36,964 bases of DNA from Candidatus Ratteibacteria bacterium (lineage in GTDB: Bacteria > Ratteibacteria > UBA8468 > B48-G9 > JAFGKM01): contig JBKBIN010000011.1 of NCBI GenBank assembly GCA_046296715.1, positions 1 to 36,964 of the forward strand. Direction: 5' to 3'. The notes beneath the pieces were generated by a model. That model was not told the origin of the DNA, ran no database searches, and worked only from the letters and a program-made list of their open reading frames with translations. The position numbers were made by a program, and so were the translations under genes. Positions 27,068 through 36,521 of this stretch are shown in pieces (within the stretch, counting starts at the first letter, position 1; each line of letters opens with the position of its first letter).

Positions 27068-28357
27068 ATGGAACAAATGAATGAAATAAATGTCGCGACT
27101 TTAAGAAAATTAAGTATGGCAAAACTACAAAAAATTGCAAAAGAAGTTAATGTAAATGGTATAAGTGGTTTAAGAAAAGAAGAATTGATTTACAAAATAA
27201 TGGAAGCACATGCAAAAAAAAATGGACTAATTTTTGGAGAAGGTGTTCTTGAAGTTTTACCTGATGGTTTTGGGTTTTTAAGAGTCCCTAATTATAATTA
27301 TCTTCCAGGTCCTGATGATATTTATGTCTCTCCCTCACAAATAAAAAAATTTGGATTGAAAACTGGAGACACTGTTTCTGGACAAATAAGACCACCTAAA
27401 GAAAATGAAAAATATTTCGCACTTTTAAAAGTTGAAATGGTAAATGGAGAACCACCTGAAAATATTTCATCAAGAATTCCTTTTGAAGAACTAACACCAA
27501 TTCATCCTAACAAAAGATTTATTCTTGAAACAACTCCTGATGAAATTACAACAAGAGTCATTGATTTAATAACACCTATTGGGAAAGGACAGAGAGGTCT
27601 TATTGTTTCTCCACCAAGGGCTGGAAAAACAGTTATATTACAAAAAATAGCAAATGCAATTGCAAAAAATCATCCAGAAGTTTATTTAATTGTTCTTCTT
27701 GTTGCTGAGAGACCAGAGGAAGTTACTGAGATGAGAAGAATTGTTAAAGGAGAAGTTATAAGTGCAACATTTGATGAATCACCAGAAAGACATACTCAAG
27801 TTGCTGAAATTGCTCTTGAAAAGGCAAAGCGACTTGTAGAACATAAAAAAGATGTTGTAATTCTTCTTGATAGTATAACACGACTTGCAAGAGCATATAA
27901 TATTTTAGTCCCACATAGTGGGAAAATAATGACTGGTGGCCTTGAATCAACTGCACTTGACAAGCCAAAAAGGTTTTTTGGTGCAGCAAGAAATATTGAA
28001 GAAGGAGGAAGTTTAACAATAATAGGAACTGCTTTAATAGATACAGGTAGTAAAATGGATGATGTTATTTTTGAAGAATTTAAAGGAACTGGAAATATGG
28101 AGATAAATCTTGAACGAAAGCTTGCTGAAAGAAGAATATTCCCAGCAATAGATATAAATAGGTCAGGGACAAGAAGAGAAGAACTCCTTGTTAATCCTGA
28201 AGAATTACAATTGATATGGTTATTAAGAAAAATTCTTGCTCCTTTAAATCCAATTGAAGCAATGGAACTTTTAATAAACAAAATAAAAACGACAAGTTCA
28301 AATATAGAATTATTGTTAAGTTTAAAGGCACAGGCAAAAGAATATTCAAACCTTTAA
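27068..28357 (+). CDS. rho: Transcription termination factor Rho
   Basis: [66 protein letters not shown] and SGTRREELL. Confidence 0.98.
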   Translation: MEQMNEINVATLRKLSMAKLQKIAKEVNVNGISGLRKEELIYKIMEAHAKKNGLIFGEGVLEVLPDGFGFLRVPNYNYLPGPDDIYVSPSQIKKFGLKTGDTVSGQIRPPKENEKYFALLKVEMVNGEPPENISSRIPFEELTPIHPNKRFILETTPDEITTRVIDLITPIGKGQRGLIVSPPRAGKTVILQKIANAIAKNHPEVYLIVLLVAERPEEVTEMRRIVKGEVISATFDESPERHTQVAEIALEKAKRLVEHKKDVVILLDSITRLARAYNILVPHSGKIMTGGLESTALDKPKRFFGAARNIEEGGSLTIIGTALIDTGSKMDDVIFEEFKGTGNMEINLERKLAERRIFPAIDINRSGTRREELLVNPEELQLIWLLRKILAPLNPIEAMELLINKIKTTSSNIELLLSLKAQAKEYSNL

Positions 28358-28363
28358 TCTATT

Positions 28364-31300
28364 TTATAATATTAATTTTTTTATCAAACTTTTAATTTTT
28401 TGATGCCAGATTTTGAAATCATCACTGTGATAAATTGATCTATCAACTGTATCATATAAAATAATTAAACATCCTTTCCCTATTTTAATTTTTTCTATTT
28501 TTATATCATTTATTATTTCAATCTCAACTTCTCCTGCCTTTCTTAATTTTTCAATAAATTCTTTTATATCTTTGCTTGCAAGTGGATCAATTTCAAGTCC
28601 ACTTATCGGGTCAATATTTATATCTTCTCCTATCAAATAAAAAACTTCTCCTTTTCTAATTTCTTCTTTAAATTTATCAAAATGTCTCATCCATTCTGTT
28701 CTCTGTAATTTTCTTATAATTGAGTGTCTTGTTTCTTTTATAAAAGGAACATAAAGGTAATAACTTAACATATATTTGTTTTCAAGTCCTGTATAATCTC
28801 CTTCGTAAATATTTTTAATTTTTCTGAATAATTCAATAAATTCTGAACTGTCAAGATTATACAACAAAATTTTATCTTCCTTTCTCTCTGTAAATGGCGA
28901 TAGAAATCTCTTATCAATAGATTGGTTAGAAGGTAAAACTTTAACTATTTTTTCTTTACTAATTCCTGTTATACTTTCTTTAAAAATTATTTTATAATCT
29001 CCATATTCATTTTCAGCAAAGTAAACCTTTGTTTTTACTTTACCAGATGGCAATTGAAGATTTAAAATAGAATGTGATTTTAAATATTCATTAGAAGAAT
29101 AAATTTCAATAATACCGGTATAAATGCCATTCTTTGCACCAACTAATGAAATTTCTAAATTTAAATACTCACCAGATTTGATAAAATTAGGTAGATCTAT
29201 TATTATATCTTTCACAACAGAATCTTGATTTATAATACACAAAAATACCCCATCCCCAGGATTTAAAACAATTTTATAGTTTCCATTTTCATTCTTTTTT
29301 ACTTCTTGACCTGTGATCAGATTGATCAACTTTTTATTTTTTTCCTCTAAATTGATCTCTCCTTCAATAATTGGACTTCTATGATCTGAAAAAATAAATA
29401 AATATTTAATTTCACCAGTTGGGTCTGAATATAGTTGAGAAGCCCAATATGGAATAGCATCCCCTTTTTCTGGTATATCTTTTAAATACATTCCCCACCA
29501 ACCCTTATTCAATTCTGTCTTTTCATAACTTAAAAAAGAAATAAAATACTCATTTTTAACATTACTATTTTTCTTTATTAATGTATCAAACAATCTTCTG
29601 TATGCTTCTCTACTTTTTTCATAAAAACTATTCCACCAGTTATCCCAGTCATAAATAAAATTTAAATATATAACTTTCCCTTTTCCATATTTCCTTTCTA
29701 ATATTGCTGGAGTTCCATCTTTGTATTTTGCAATTATTTTAACATCTTCATTCAATTCCAAAATTTTATCCCTACCTTTGCTTTTTAATGAAAGCCCTTT
29801 TATTTCAGGATAATTATTACTTTCAATAACAAATTCCTCTATCTTTAATTCCTGAGATGTATTTAATAGTTTAAATCCAAGCAATTCAACCAATCCACTC
29901 TCTTCTGAAGGATAAACAGTATAAAAATTCCCATAAGGAGAAACTGCACCACTCCATGGAGTTGATATTAAAATGCCTCCATTTTTAACAAAATCTTTAA
30001 TTTTTTCTCCCTCTTCTTTATTAATTACCTGACTATATGAAAGGATTAAAATAGAAAGGTCTTTAAATTCTTCTGGTTTTACTATTTTTGGCATATATCC
30101 ACTTTCTTCCAACGCTGAATAAACAGGCCCATTGCAGGAAATAGATGAACCAAAATGTCTTCCAAATATTCCTTTTGGTAATGGTTGTTCTGGAATAAAT
30201 ATACCAAGTCCTTTTGTATAACTAAATCTTTTATGAAGTAATATTGGCTCTATGTGCTTTATCTTTTTTCTTAATTCTTTTGTCCAGAAACTTGCTCTTG
30301 TATGAGTTAAATCAGGATTAAAAGTTAAAGGAGTATCTACCCAGTAATCAATATGAGTATTACCTGCAATTATTGAGGATATAACAGTGCAATTCCATAA
30401 AGTAAACAAATCAAAATATGCCCACATTGCTCCTGAAAAACCAGGTATATCACCATAATCTCTCCTTGCTATTGCATTTTCAACAAGCCCTGTTTCTTTT
30501 GGATAAAATGGTCCAAGACCAGCAAAATTATAAACATCTACCTTTGGATAAAACCCTCCAGGTGCTGAACATATAGTTAAAGGAACTGGATTTCTATTTT
30601 TTTTATATATTTCAGTTGCTAAATCACAGTATTTCTGATAATACCAGTCAAAAAATCTATATGTTTGATAATAAGGAGAAGTATATGCAAGATATTTTTT
30701 ATTAATGTCTGGTTCCTTAAAATCAACTGGAATTTTTATTTTTTTCTGCTCTTGACTTAATGCTTCCCATGCTTGTGAAGTTACAAAGATAGATGAAGGA
30801 TACACACTTTTATTTTTTTCAAGAGGTATTTCTTCAAAACTATTATAATTTGCATTCCATTCTTCATTCAATTTTTTTATATCATTTTTATAGATCTCTC
30901 TTAAATATTCATTAAAAACTTTTTGTGGTATTTCTGGTGCTTTATCTTCTTTCCAATAATATCTTGTTCCCCATCCACCACCAAATCCACCTTCTTCCTG
31001 CAAAGATACAAGACATTTACTTCTTGAATCAGAACCTTTTTTATTTAAATTTTCTATAACTTTTTCCATTTCTTTTCTTACTCCATCCCAGTCAGGATAC
31101 TTTATTTCAACCCCAAATGTATTTATTCCTGTGCTTTCAACATACTGTCTTAATCCATATCTATCACATATATAACTATTCCCTGGATATCCAAGAGAAT
31201 TAAAACCAGAATCAAATAAAAGTTTCATTTTTGGATAAGAGCCACCAGATGTCCATAAAGAAAACTGGAATTGTTTTCTCATATCCCATATCTCATCATT

Positions 31301-32773
31301 CTGTACTTGAACAAAATCAGAACTTGCACAAATTCTGTTTTCTGATAAGATTAAAGATTTCAACCAGTAACTTGATAAATAATCAGGACTTTCTTGGGGC
31401 ATTTTAAAATTAAAATTTAAAACTTTATTTTCACTTTCTGCTTTTATATTTTCATTCTTCTTTTCTAAAATCCTTCCTTCCCTATCAATTAAATAAACAA
31501 ATATTTCATAATTTTTATCATTTTTAAGTTCAGAAATCTCAAGGTTAACTTTAATATCTTCTCCTACTCTATATCCATCTTTATCTGTTTTAAGATTAAC
31601 CAAAACTTCACTTTCATAAAAAATCCATTTATAACTTTCATTAATAATTTCTCCTTTTTCATTTAAAGCAAGAGATTTTATATAAAGATATTTATCTATT
31701 TTTGGTAAATCTACTGAAAAGTTAAAAATTTCAGTTTTCTCTTCATTGCTTTTTAATATAATTTTCTTTTTTTCAGTTATATTTTTATCAGTGTATCTTG
31801 TGGAAATTTGGACAATTAGTTCAATATTTTCTTCTTTTTCTGAAATGTTTATAACTTTTACTGGAAGTTCAATCTTTTGACCATATTTAATCTTCATATT
31901 TTCATCAATATTTAGATTTAAAAAAACAGGGAATGCTTTTTCTCCATATTTAAGATACCAGACCAATCTATTAAAAAATGAAATCCATACTTCACTTTCA
32001 TCAGGTCTATCTCCAGCATAAGCTTTATAATCTGTTCCTATCCAATCAACTCTATCTGCTGGAAATGCATATAAAAAAACAACTTTACCTTTATCAACTT
32101 CCCTATACCAGAAATTTGGATAATTTTCTCTTATTGTTAAAGGAATACTTTTTTCATCAATAGGTATATAAACAGGTCCATACCAATAAGTTCCTGTTAT
32201 TTCAAATGGAAGTCCAATAGTTAAAGGATGATTTGACGCTTTTCCAGGACAAAAGGTCCAACTTTTTCTTTTTCCATCAAATTTAACAGGCATAATTTCG
32301 TATAAAGGAGTATTTTCAAAAGTAATTTCCCATCTTGGATTTATAAAAACAAGGGATTTACCATTTTTTACTACCTTAGATAGTTTTTTTTCTATATTAA
32401 ATAGTTTTTCTTTAACTTTTTCATCTTTTGAATCAGGAGAAAAACTTGCAAAAATTATGTCAAAATCATCAATATTTTCTAATAAATTTAAAAGAAATTT
32501 TTCTCCTTTGTTATTTACATATTCTATATCATTTTTTGTTTCTTCAAGTGGTTTATCACATAAATGGTGATAGTCCTGGTCATTATAGAAAATTTGAGTA
32601 TAGGTTAAATCGCATCCAGTTATTCTTTCAATATAATAAGCAAAAGATGCAAGGTGATTACTTTCTGCAATAAATAAAACTTTTGGAGGTTTAAAATTTT
32701 TATAATAAAAATTTTCATTACAAAATGCAAATAGAAATAAAGGAATAAAAAATAAAAATATTTTTCTACCCAT
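28364..32773 (-). CDS. Large secreted multidomain protein with GH42-like catalytic region and beta-galactosidase trimerisation (GAT-fold) domain
   Basis: Signal peptide. FNEYLREIYKNDIKKLNEEWNANYNSFEEI matches the GH42-like insert. ILILSYSQVI...IKDFVKNGGILI and AKYKDGTPAILERKYGKGKVIYLN match the trimerisation domain. Ig-like linkers. The ORF is certain; the function is tentative. Confidence 0.6.
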   Translation of the reverse strand: MGRKIFLFFIPLFLFAFCNENFYYKNFKPPKVLFIAESNHLASFAYYIERITGCDLTYTQIFYNDQDYHHLCDKPLEETKNDIEYVNNKGEKFLLNLLENIDDFDIIFASFSPDSKDEKVKEKLFNIEKKLSKVVKNGKSLVFINPRWEITFENTPLYEIMPVKFDGKRKSWTFCPGKASNHPLTIGLPFEITGTYWYGPVYIPIDEKSIPLTIRENYPNFWYREVDKGKVVFLYAFPADRVDWIGTDYKAYAGDRPDESEVWISFFNRLVWYLKYGEKAFPVFLNLNIDENMKIKYGQKIELPVKVINISEKEENIELIVQISTRYTDKNITEKKKIILKSNEEKTEIFNFSVDLPKIDKYLYIKSLALNEKGEIINESYKWIFYESEVLVNLKTDKDGYRVGEDIKVNLEISELKNDKNYEIFVYLIDREGRILEKKNENIKAESENKVLNFNFKMPQESPDYLSSYWLKSLILSENRICASSDFVQVQNDEIWDMRKQFQFSLWTSGGSYPKMKLLFDSGFNSLGYPGNSYICDRYGLRQYVESTGINTFGVEIKYPDWDGVRKEMEKVIENLNKKGSDSRSKCLVSLQEEGGFGGGWGTRYYWKEDKAPEIPQKVFNEYLREIYKNDIKKLNEEWNANYNSFEEIPLEKNKSVYPSSIFVTSQAWEALSQEQKKIKIPVDFKEPDINKKYLAYTSPYYQTYRFFDWYYQKYCDLATEIYKKNRNPVPLTICSAPGGFYPKVDVYNFAGLGPFYPKETGLVENAIARRDYGDIPGFSGAMWAYFDLFTLWNCTVISSIIAGNTHIDYWVDTPLTFNPDLTHTRASFWTKELRKKIKHIEPILLHKRFSYTKGLGIFIPEQPLPKGIFGRHFGSSISCNGPVYSALEESGYMPKIVKPEEFKDLSILILSYSQVINKEEGEKIKDFVKNGGILISTPWSGAVSPYGNFYTVYPSEESGLVELLGFKLLNTSQELKIEEFVIESNNYPEIKGLSLKSKGRDKILELNEDVKIIAKYKDGTPAILERKYGKGKVIYLNFIYDWDNWWNSFYEKSREAYRRLFDTLIKKNSNVKNEYFISFLSYEKTELNKGWWGMYLKDIPEKGDAIPYWASQLYSDPTGEIKYLFIFSDHRSPIIEGEINLEEKNKKLINLITGQEVKKNENGNYKIVLNPGDGVFLCIINQDSVVKDIIIDLPNFIKSGEYLNLEISLVGAKNGIYTGIIEIYSSNEYLKSHSILNLQLPSGKVKTKVYFAENEYGDYKIIFKESITGISKEKIVKVLPSNQSIDKRFLSPFTERKEDKILLYNLDSSEFIELFRKIKNIYEGDYTGLENKYMLSYYLYVPFIKETRHSIIRKLQRTEWMRHFDKFKEEIRKGEVFYLIGEDINIDPISGLEIDPLASKDIKEFIEKLRKAGEVEIEIINDIKIEKIKIGKGCLIILYDTVDRSIYHSDDFKIWHQKIKSLIKKLIL

Positions 32774-35184
32774 TATTCCTCCTTTTGTAAAAATTTATTA
32801 AAACTCACAACCTCCTTTATTCTTCCTTTTACTTTATATGGAACATTTGGGATTAGAGAAAAGTAATTATCGTCTACATCTCCATTTATTTTTACACAAA
32901 TATGGAAAACATTGCTTTTTAAAATTAAATTATTTTTATCCTTTTTTATTTCTATTTTCTCTTCAGGTAGATTTATATCTTTAAAATTGAAAGCAACTGG
33001 TTGTATATCGTAATAAATCTTATTTTCAAATGCAGTGTAGGCATAAATTATATAATCATTGTTTAACTCTGGTATTGTATCTTTATCAACCAAAATGGAA
33101 CAATCAGAAGGAATTTCAATTTTCCTTTCTTTTCTATAAATCTCATTTCCGTAAAGATTAGATATACCGTAGGTTAAAGTTGTTGAAATTTTGTTTAATG
33201 AATGATTAACCAGATATAGTGAGTAATATTTACCTTCCAAAATAAAATCTGGTCTTATAAAAACTATTAAATCACTGAATGCTCTTTTTACATACCAGAA
33301 AAGAGGTGTTTTATTTAAATAATAGTCAACTGTTGTCCAAGATGATGAAGTAGGCCAGGAGTCATTATACATCCAGAATAATGAGCCAGATGTTTTATAC
33401 TTTCTACTTGCATAATATTTTAAAGCAAACTCTATGACCTCTCCTCTAAGCATCTGTGAAATCTTAATTATATCTTGTTCTGACAACTTTTTTATTCTTT
33501 CTCCAAAAAAGTTTGTAAGTTTTTCTATAATATTCTCAACTTTCTCAAATGTATTTAGGTGAAAAATAAAATCATCATCTAAAAAATTAACTTTTCTCTT
33601 TTTTGTAAATTTATTAATTGTTTTTGATGGAGAAAAAGCAAGACGACCGAATTCACTCACAAATTTAGCAGTATCCTGAAGAAAAAAATATCTATCGCCT
33701 CTTTCTTTATACTTTTCAAGGTCTAAATCAGGAATATACCATGAATGCCTATCTCCTTCTTTCATACTTTTAGGGTCATCTCCGCTTGGTGAATAATCAC
33801 TTGAGGGCCAATAAATTCTTTCTGGGTCAAATTTTTCAATTTTTTCTGGAATTAATTCTTCAAATATTTTTCTTCCATAAAAAGTTTTATCTGGGTTTTT
33901 CTTCTTTTCATTATAATAAATTGTGTAATTTTCATTATTTCCACACCAGATAACTATTGAAGGATGGTTTCTCAATTCTTTAATTACAGTGATTACTTCA
34001 TTTTCAACATTTTTCATAAATTTTTCATTATCATCTGGATAATAACCACAGGCAAACATAAAGTCATGCCATAACATAATACCTTTCTCATCACATAAAT
34101 TATAAAAATATTCATCTTCGTAAACTCCACCACCCCAAACTCTCAACATATTAAATTTCTGTTTAATCGCAAATTCAATTAATTTTTTATATTTATTTTT
34201 TGAAACTCTTTGAAATATTGTATCAGGAGGAACCCAATTTGCTCCTTTACAGAATACCTTTTTCCCATTTATTTCAAATATAAAACTTTTTCCATCTCCA
34301 TCATCATCTTGAATTATATTTACTTTTCTCAAACCAAATTTTAAATTTTTACTATCCTCAACTTTTTCTGTCTTTAACTTGACTGATAAACTATACAAAA
34401 ATGGCTGACCAACATTATAAGGATACCAAAGTTTAATAAATGGAAGAGCAATTTGAAAATTTTTAATATTTATTCCTGGAGATAGAATTTCTGAAAAATT
34501 ATATAGATTATTTTCAATTTCAAAGATAAATTCTGTTTTTATATTTTCTTCATTAAAATTTTCAACTTCAATTTCAATCTCAATTTTATCATTTTTCCAT
34601 TTCTTTACCCATATATTTCTTATTGCAATATTTTCATAAAAATTTAAATAGACACCTCTCCATAAACCACAAGTAATAATTCTTTCTGTCCAATCCCATC
34701 CAAAAACAAACTGTGGCTTTCTTATAAATAATCTCCTCATATCCTCATTTTTATGGTAAATATCAATATATTTTTCAGGAACTTTTTCAGGACTTAAAGT
34801 TAAACCATCATCAATTTCTATCCTTATTTTATTCTTTCTTGATATTATATTTGTTATATCAAAAATATGAGGAATGAATGCATTATTTGTCTTGCCAATT
34901 TTTTTATCATTTAAAAAAATTTCAGAATGAGTATCAATCCCTCCAAAATATATCTCAACTTTTTTAAATTTTTCCAAAAATTCTTCTTCAATTGTAAATT
35001 CTTTTAAATATTGCCATTTTTTCCCTTCATATTTTCTCAATTCAAAAAGATTTCTTTTTAAAAATGGCTCTTCAATAATTTTTGCTTTCTTTAAATCAAT
35101 ATGGATTTCACTCGGAACTTTTGCAGATATTTTTAAATTTTTGTTTTTTAAAATCCAAATTCCATTAAGAGAAATTTTTTTCAT
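32773..35184 (-). CDS. GH2 glycoside hydrolase, beta-mannosidase-like
   Basis: FGGIDT, RKPQFVFGWDW, KGANWVP, NMLRVWGGGVYE, WHDFMFAC, WCGNNEN (acid/base), FVSEFG (nucleophile) and WMYNDSWP. No signal peptide. Confidence 0.9.
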   Translation of the reverse strand: MKKISLNGIWILKNKNLKISAKVPSEIHIDLKKAKIIEEPFLKRNLFELRKYEGKKWQYLKEFTIEEEFLEKFKKVEIYFGGIDTHSEIFLNDKKIGKTNNAFIPHIFDITNIISRKNKIRIEIDDGLTLSPEKVPEKYIDIYHKNEDMRRLFIRKPQFVFGWDWTERIITCGLWRGVYLNFYENIAIRNIWVKKWKNDKIEIEIEVENFNEENIKTEFIFEIENNLYNFSEILSPGINIKNFQIALPFIKLWYPYNVGQPFLYSLSVKLKTEKVEDSKNLKFGLRKVNIIQDDDGDGKSFIFEINGKKVFCKGANWVPPDTIFQRVSKNKYKKLIEFAIKQKFNMLRVWGGGVYEDEYFYNLCDEKGIMLWHDFMFACGYYPDDNEKFMKNVENEVITVIKELRNHPSIVIWCGNNENYTIYYNEKKKNPDKTFYGRKIFEELIPEKIEKFDPERIYWPSSDYSPSGDDPKSMKEGDRHSWYIPDLDLEKYKERGDRYFFLQDTAKFVSEFGRLAFSPSKTINKFTKKRKVNFLDDDFIFHLNTFEKVENIIEKLTNFFGERIKKLSEQDIIKISQMLRGEVIEFALKYYASRKYKTSGSLFWMYNDSWPTSSSWTTVDYYLNKTPLFWYVKRAFSDLIVFIRPDFILEGKYYSLYLVNHSLNKISTTLTYGISNLYGNEIYRKERKIEIPSDCSILVDKDTIPELNNDYIIYAYTAFENKIYYDIQPVAFNFKDINLPEEKIEIKKDKNNLILKSNVFHICVKINGDVDDNYFSLIPNVPYKVKGRIKEVVSFNKFLQKEE

Positions 35185-36324
35185 TTAATATTTTCCATAA
35201 CTTCTTGCAACTTCTATCATTTTAAATATATTTTCTATGGGTGTATCTCTTCCAAGTTGGTCACCTGTTGAAAGGATAAAACCACCATTTTCTCCTGCAT
35301 CATCAATAGCTTTTTTGCAAACTTTTTCAACCTCTTCTGGTTTTGCTCTAAGCATAAAACTTGTATTTATATTTCCCATTAATGAAATCTTATTTCCATA
35401 TTTTTCTTTTATTTCTTTTAAATAACAATCACCCATTGGTGGTTCTTCAAGAGGATTTATACAATTAACAAATGTCTCATTATAACACATTTCAACAAGT
35501 GCTTTTTCTTTACCACAGTAGTGTATCATAACAGGTATATTTTCTTTACTTGCCATTTCAGAAATTTTTTTTATTGTTGGTAATGAATATTTTTTAAATA
35601 ATTCAGGCGAGGAAAGAGTTATTGCACCTGAACCACCTGTAAGTATAAAATCTGGTTTTGCTTTTATTACATATTCAGTAAAATTTATAATATCCTTATG
35701 TTGAATCTCTGCCCATTGGTCAAAGAGTTCTTTATAATCATTATAAGCATAAACAAGTCCTAAAAGTCCCCCTTCAAAACTACCCTGCCATAAATGAAAA
35801 CCAGGACTTGAGACACCTATACCAATAACTCCTTTATCTCCAAGTTTATCTCTCATTTTATTAAATTCTTTATCATCAAAACCAGTATAAGAAGTGTAAT
35901 AAGAAGGAGAAAAATATTTAATTTTTTCAAAGTCATCTTTAAAATTTTTAATTAGATGTTCTTTTATCCATGGTGGATTATCTTTTGGATAAATAACTAT
36001 TGTATGAAGAGTGCCTTTTGGAGTGTGATAAAAATATTCAACTTCAATTTTTTCTTCGTCTTTCCAAACTATTTTTTTTTCTTCTTTAACTAAACTATCA
36101 TATTTTAATTCAATAGTTCCATAAATAAACCAACCATCAAATTTAAAGTAATCAAGTGCGTTTAAATACGCTTCCCATAAAGGTGGATTATTATAAAAAT
36201 AAACATCATAAAATGATTTTCCTGTTAACTTTGCTGGTATCATATTTGAAATATCAGGAGCAACAGGAACTCTATCTGGTTTTTTATTTAATATAGCAGT
36301 CAAAAACCTTTCTTTTGAATTCAT
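35185..36324 (-). CDS. Uroporphyrinogen decarboxylase/MtaA-CmuA superfamily protein
   Basis: MNSKERFLTAILNKKPDRVPVAP (ATG 36324), TPKGTL, SPELFKKY, HYCG, LMGNI and GGFILSTGDQ..TPIENI. Confidence 0.85.
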   Translation of the reverse strand: MNSKERFLTAILNKKPDRVPVAPDISNMIPAKLTGKSFYDVYFYNNPPLWEAYLNALDYFKFDGWFIYGTIELKYDSLVKEEKKIVWKDEEKIEVEYFYHTPKGTLHTIVIYPKDNPPWIKEHLIKNFKDDFEKIKYFSPSYYTSYTGFDDKEFNKMRDKLGDKGVIGIGVSSPGFHLWQGSFEGGLLGLVYAYNDYKELFDQWAEIQHKDIINFTEYVIKAKPDFILTGGSGAITLSSPELFKKYSLPTIKKISEMASKENIPVMIHYCGKEKALVEMCYNETFVNCINPLEEPPMGDCYLKEIKEKYGNKISLMGNINTSFMLRAKPEEVEKVCKKAIDDAGENGGFILSTGDQLGRDTPIENIFKMIEVARSYGKY

Positions 36325-36450
36325 TCTTACATCCAAAAATTAAATTAAAATTTTTTTATTTTGGTAATGTGTTTTGAGTAAAGTTCCACAAAGTTGAATA
36401 GTTATAAGTATTTGCTGTATGATAACCATCAGATGTATTAACGATAAAAC

Positions 36451-36479
36451 TTCCAAAGACAGGTAACAGATTATATAAT
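36451..36479 (+). promoter_or_regulatory. Putative transposase promoter overlapping the IS left end
   Basis: TTCCAA (36451-36456), 17 nt spacer, TATAAT (36474-36479). AGGAGG SD at 36511-36516. Confidence 0.45.
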
Positions 36480-36521
36480 TATAAGGAAAGAAAATTTTTA
36501 TTTTAAAATAAGGAGGAAGAT

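Noticed and set aside
27756..28281. Antisense ORFs (161 aa and 87 aa) within rho
   Set aside because: They lie entirely opposite a conserved gene, have Ser/Ile/Phe-rich shadow composition and show no SD or motif.
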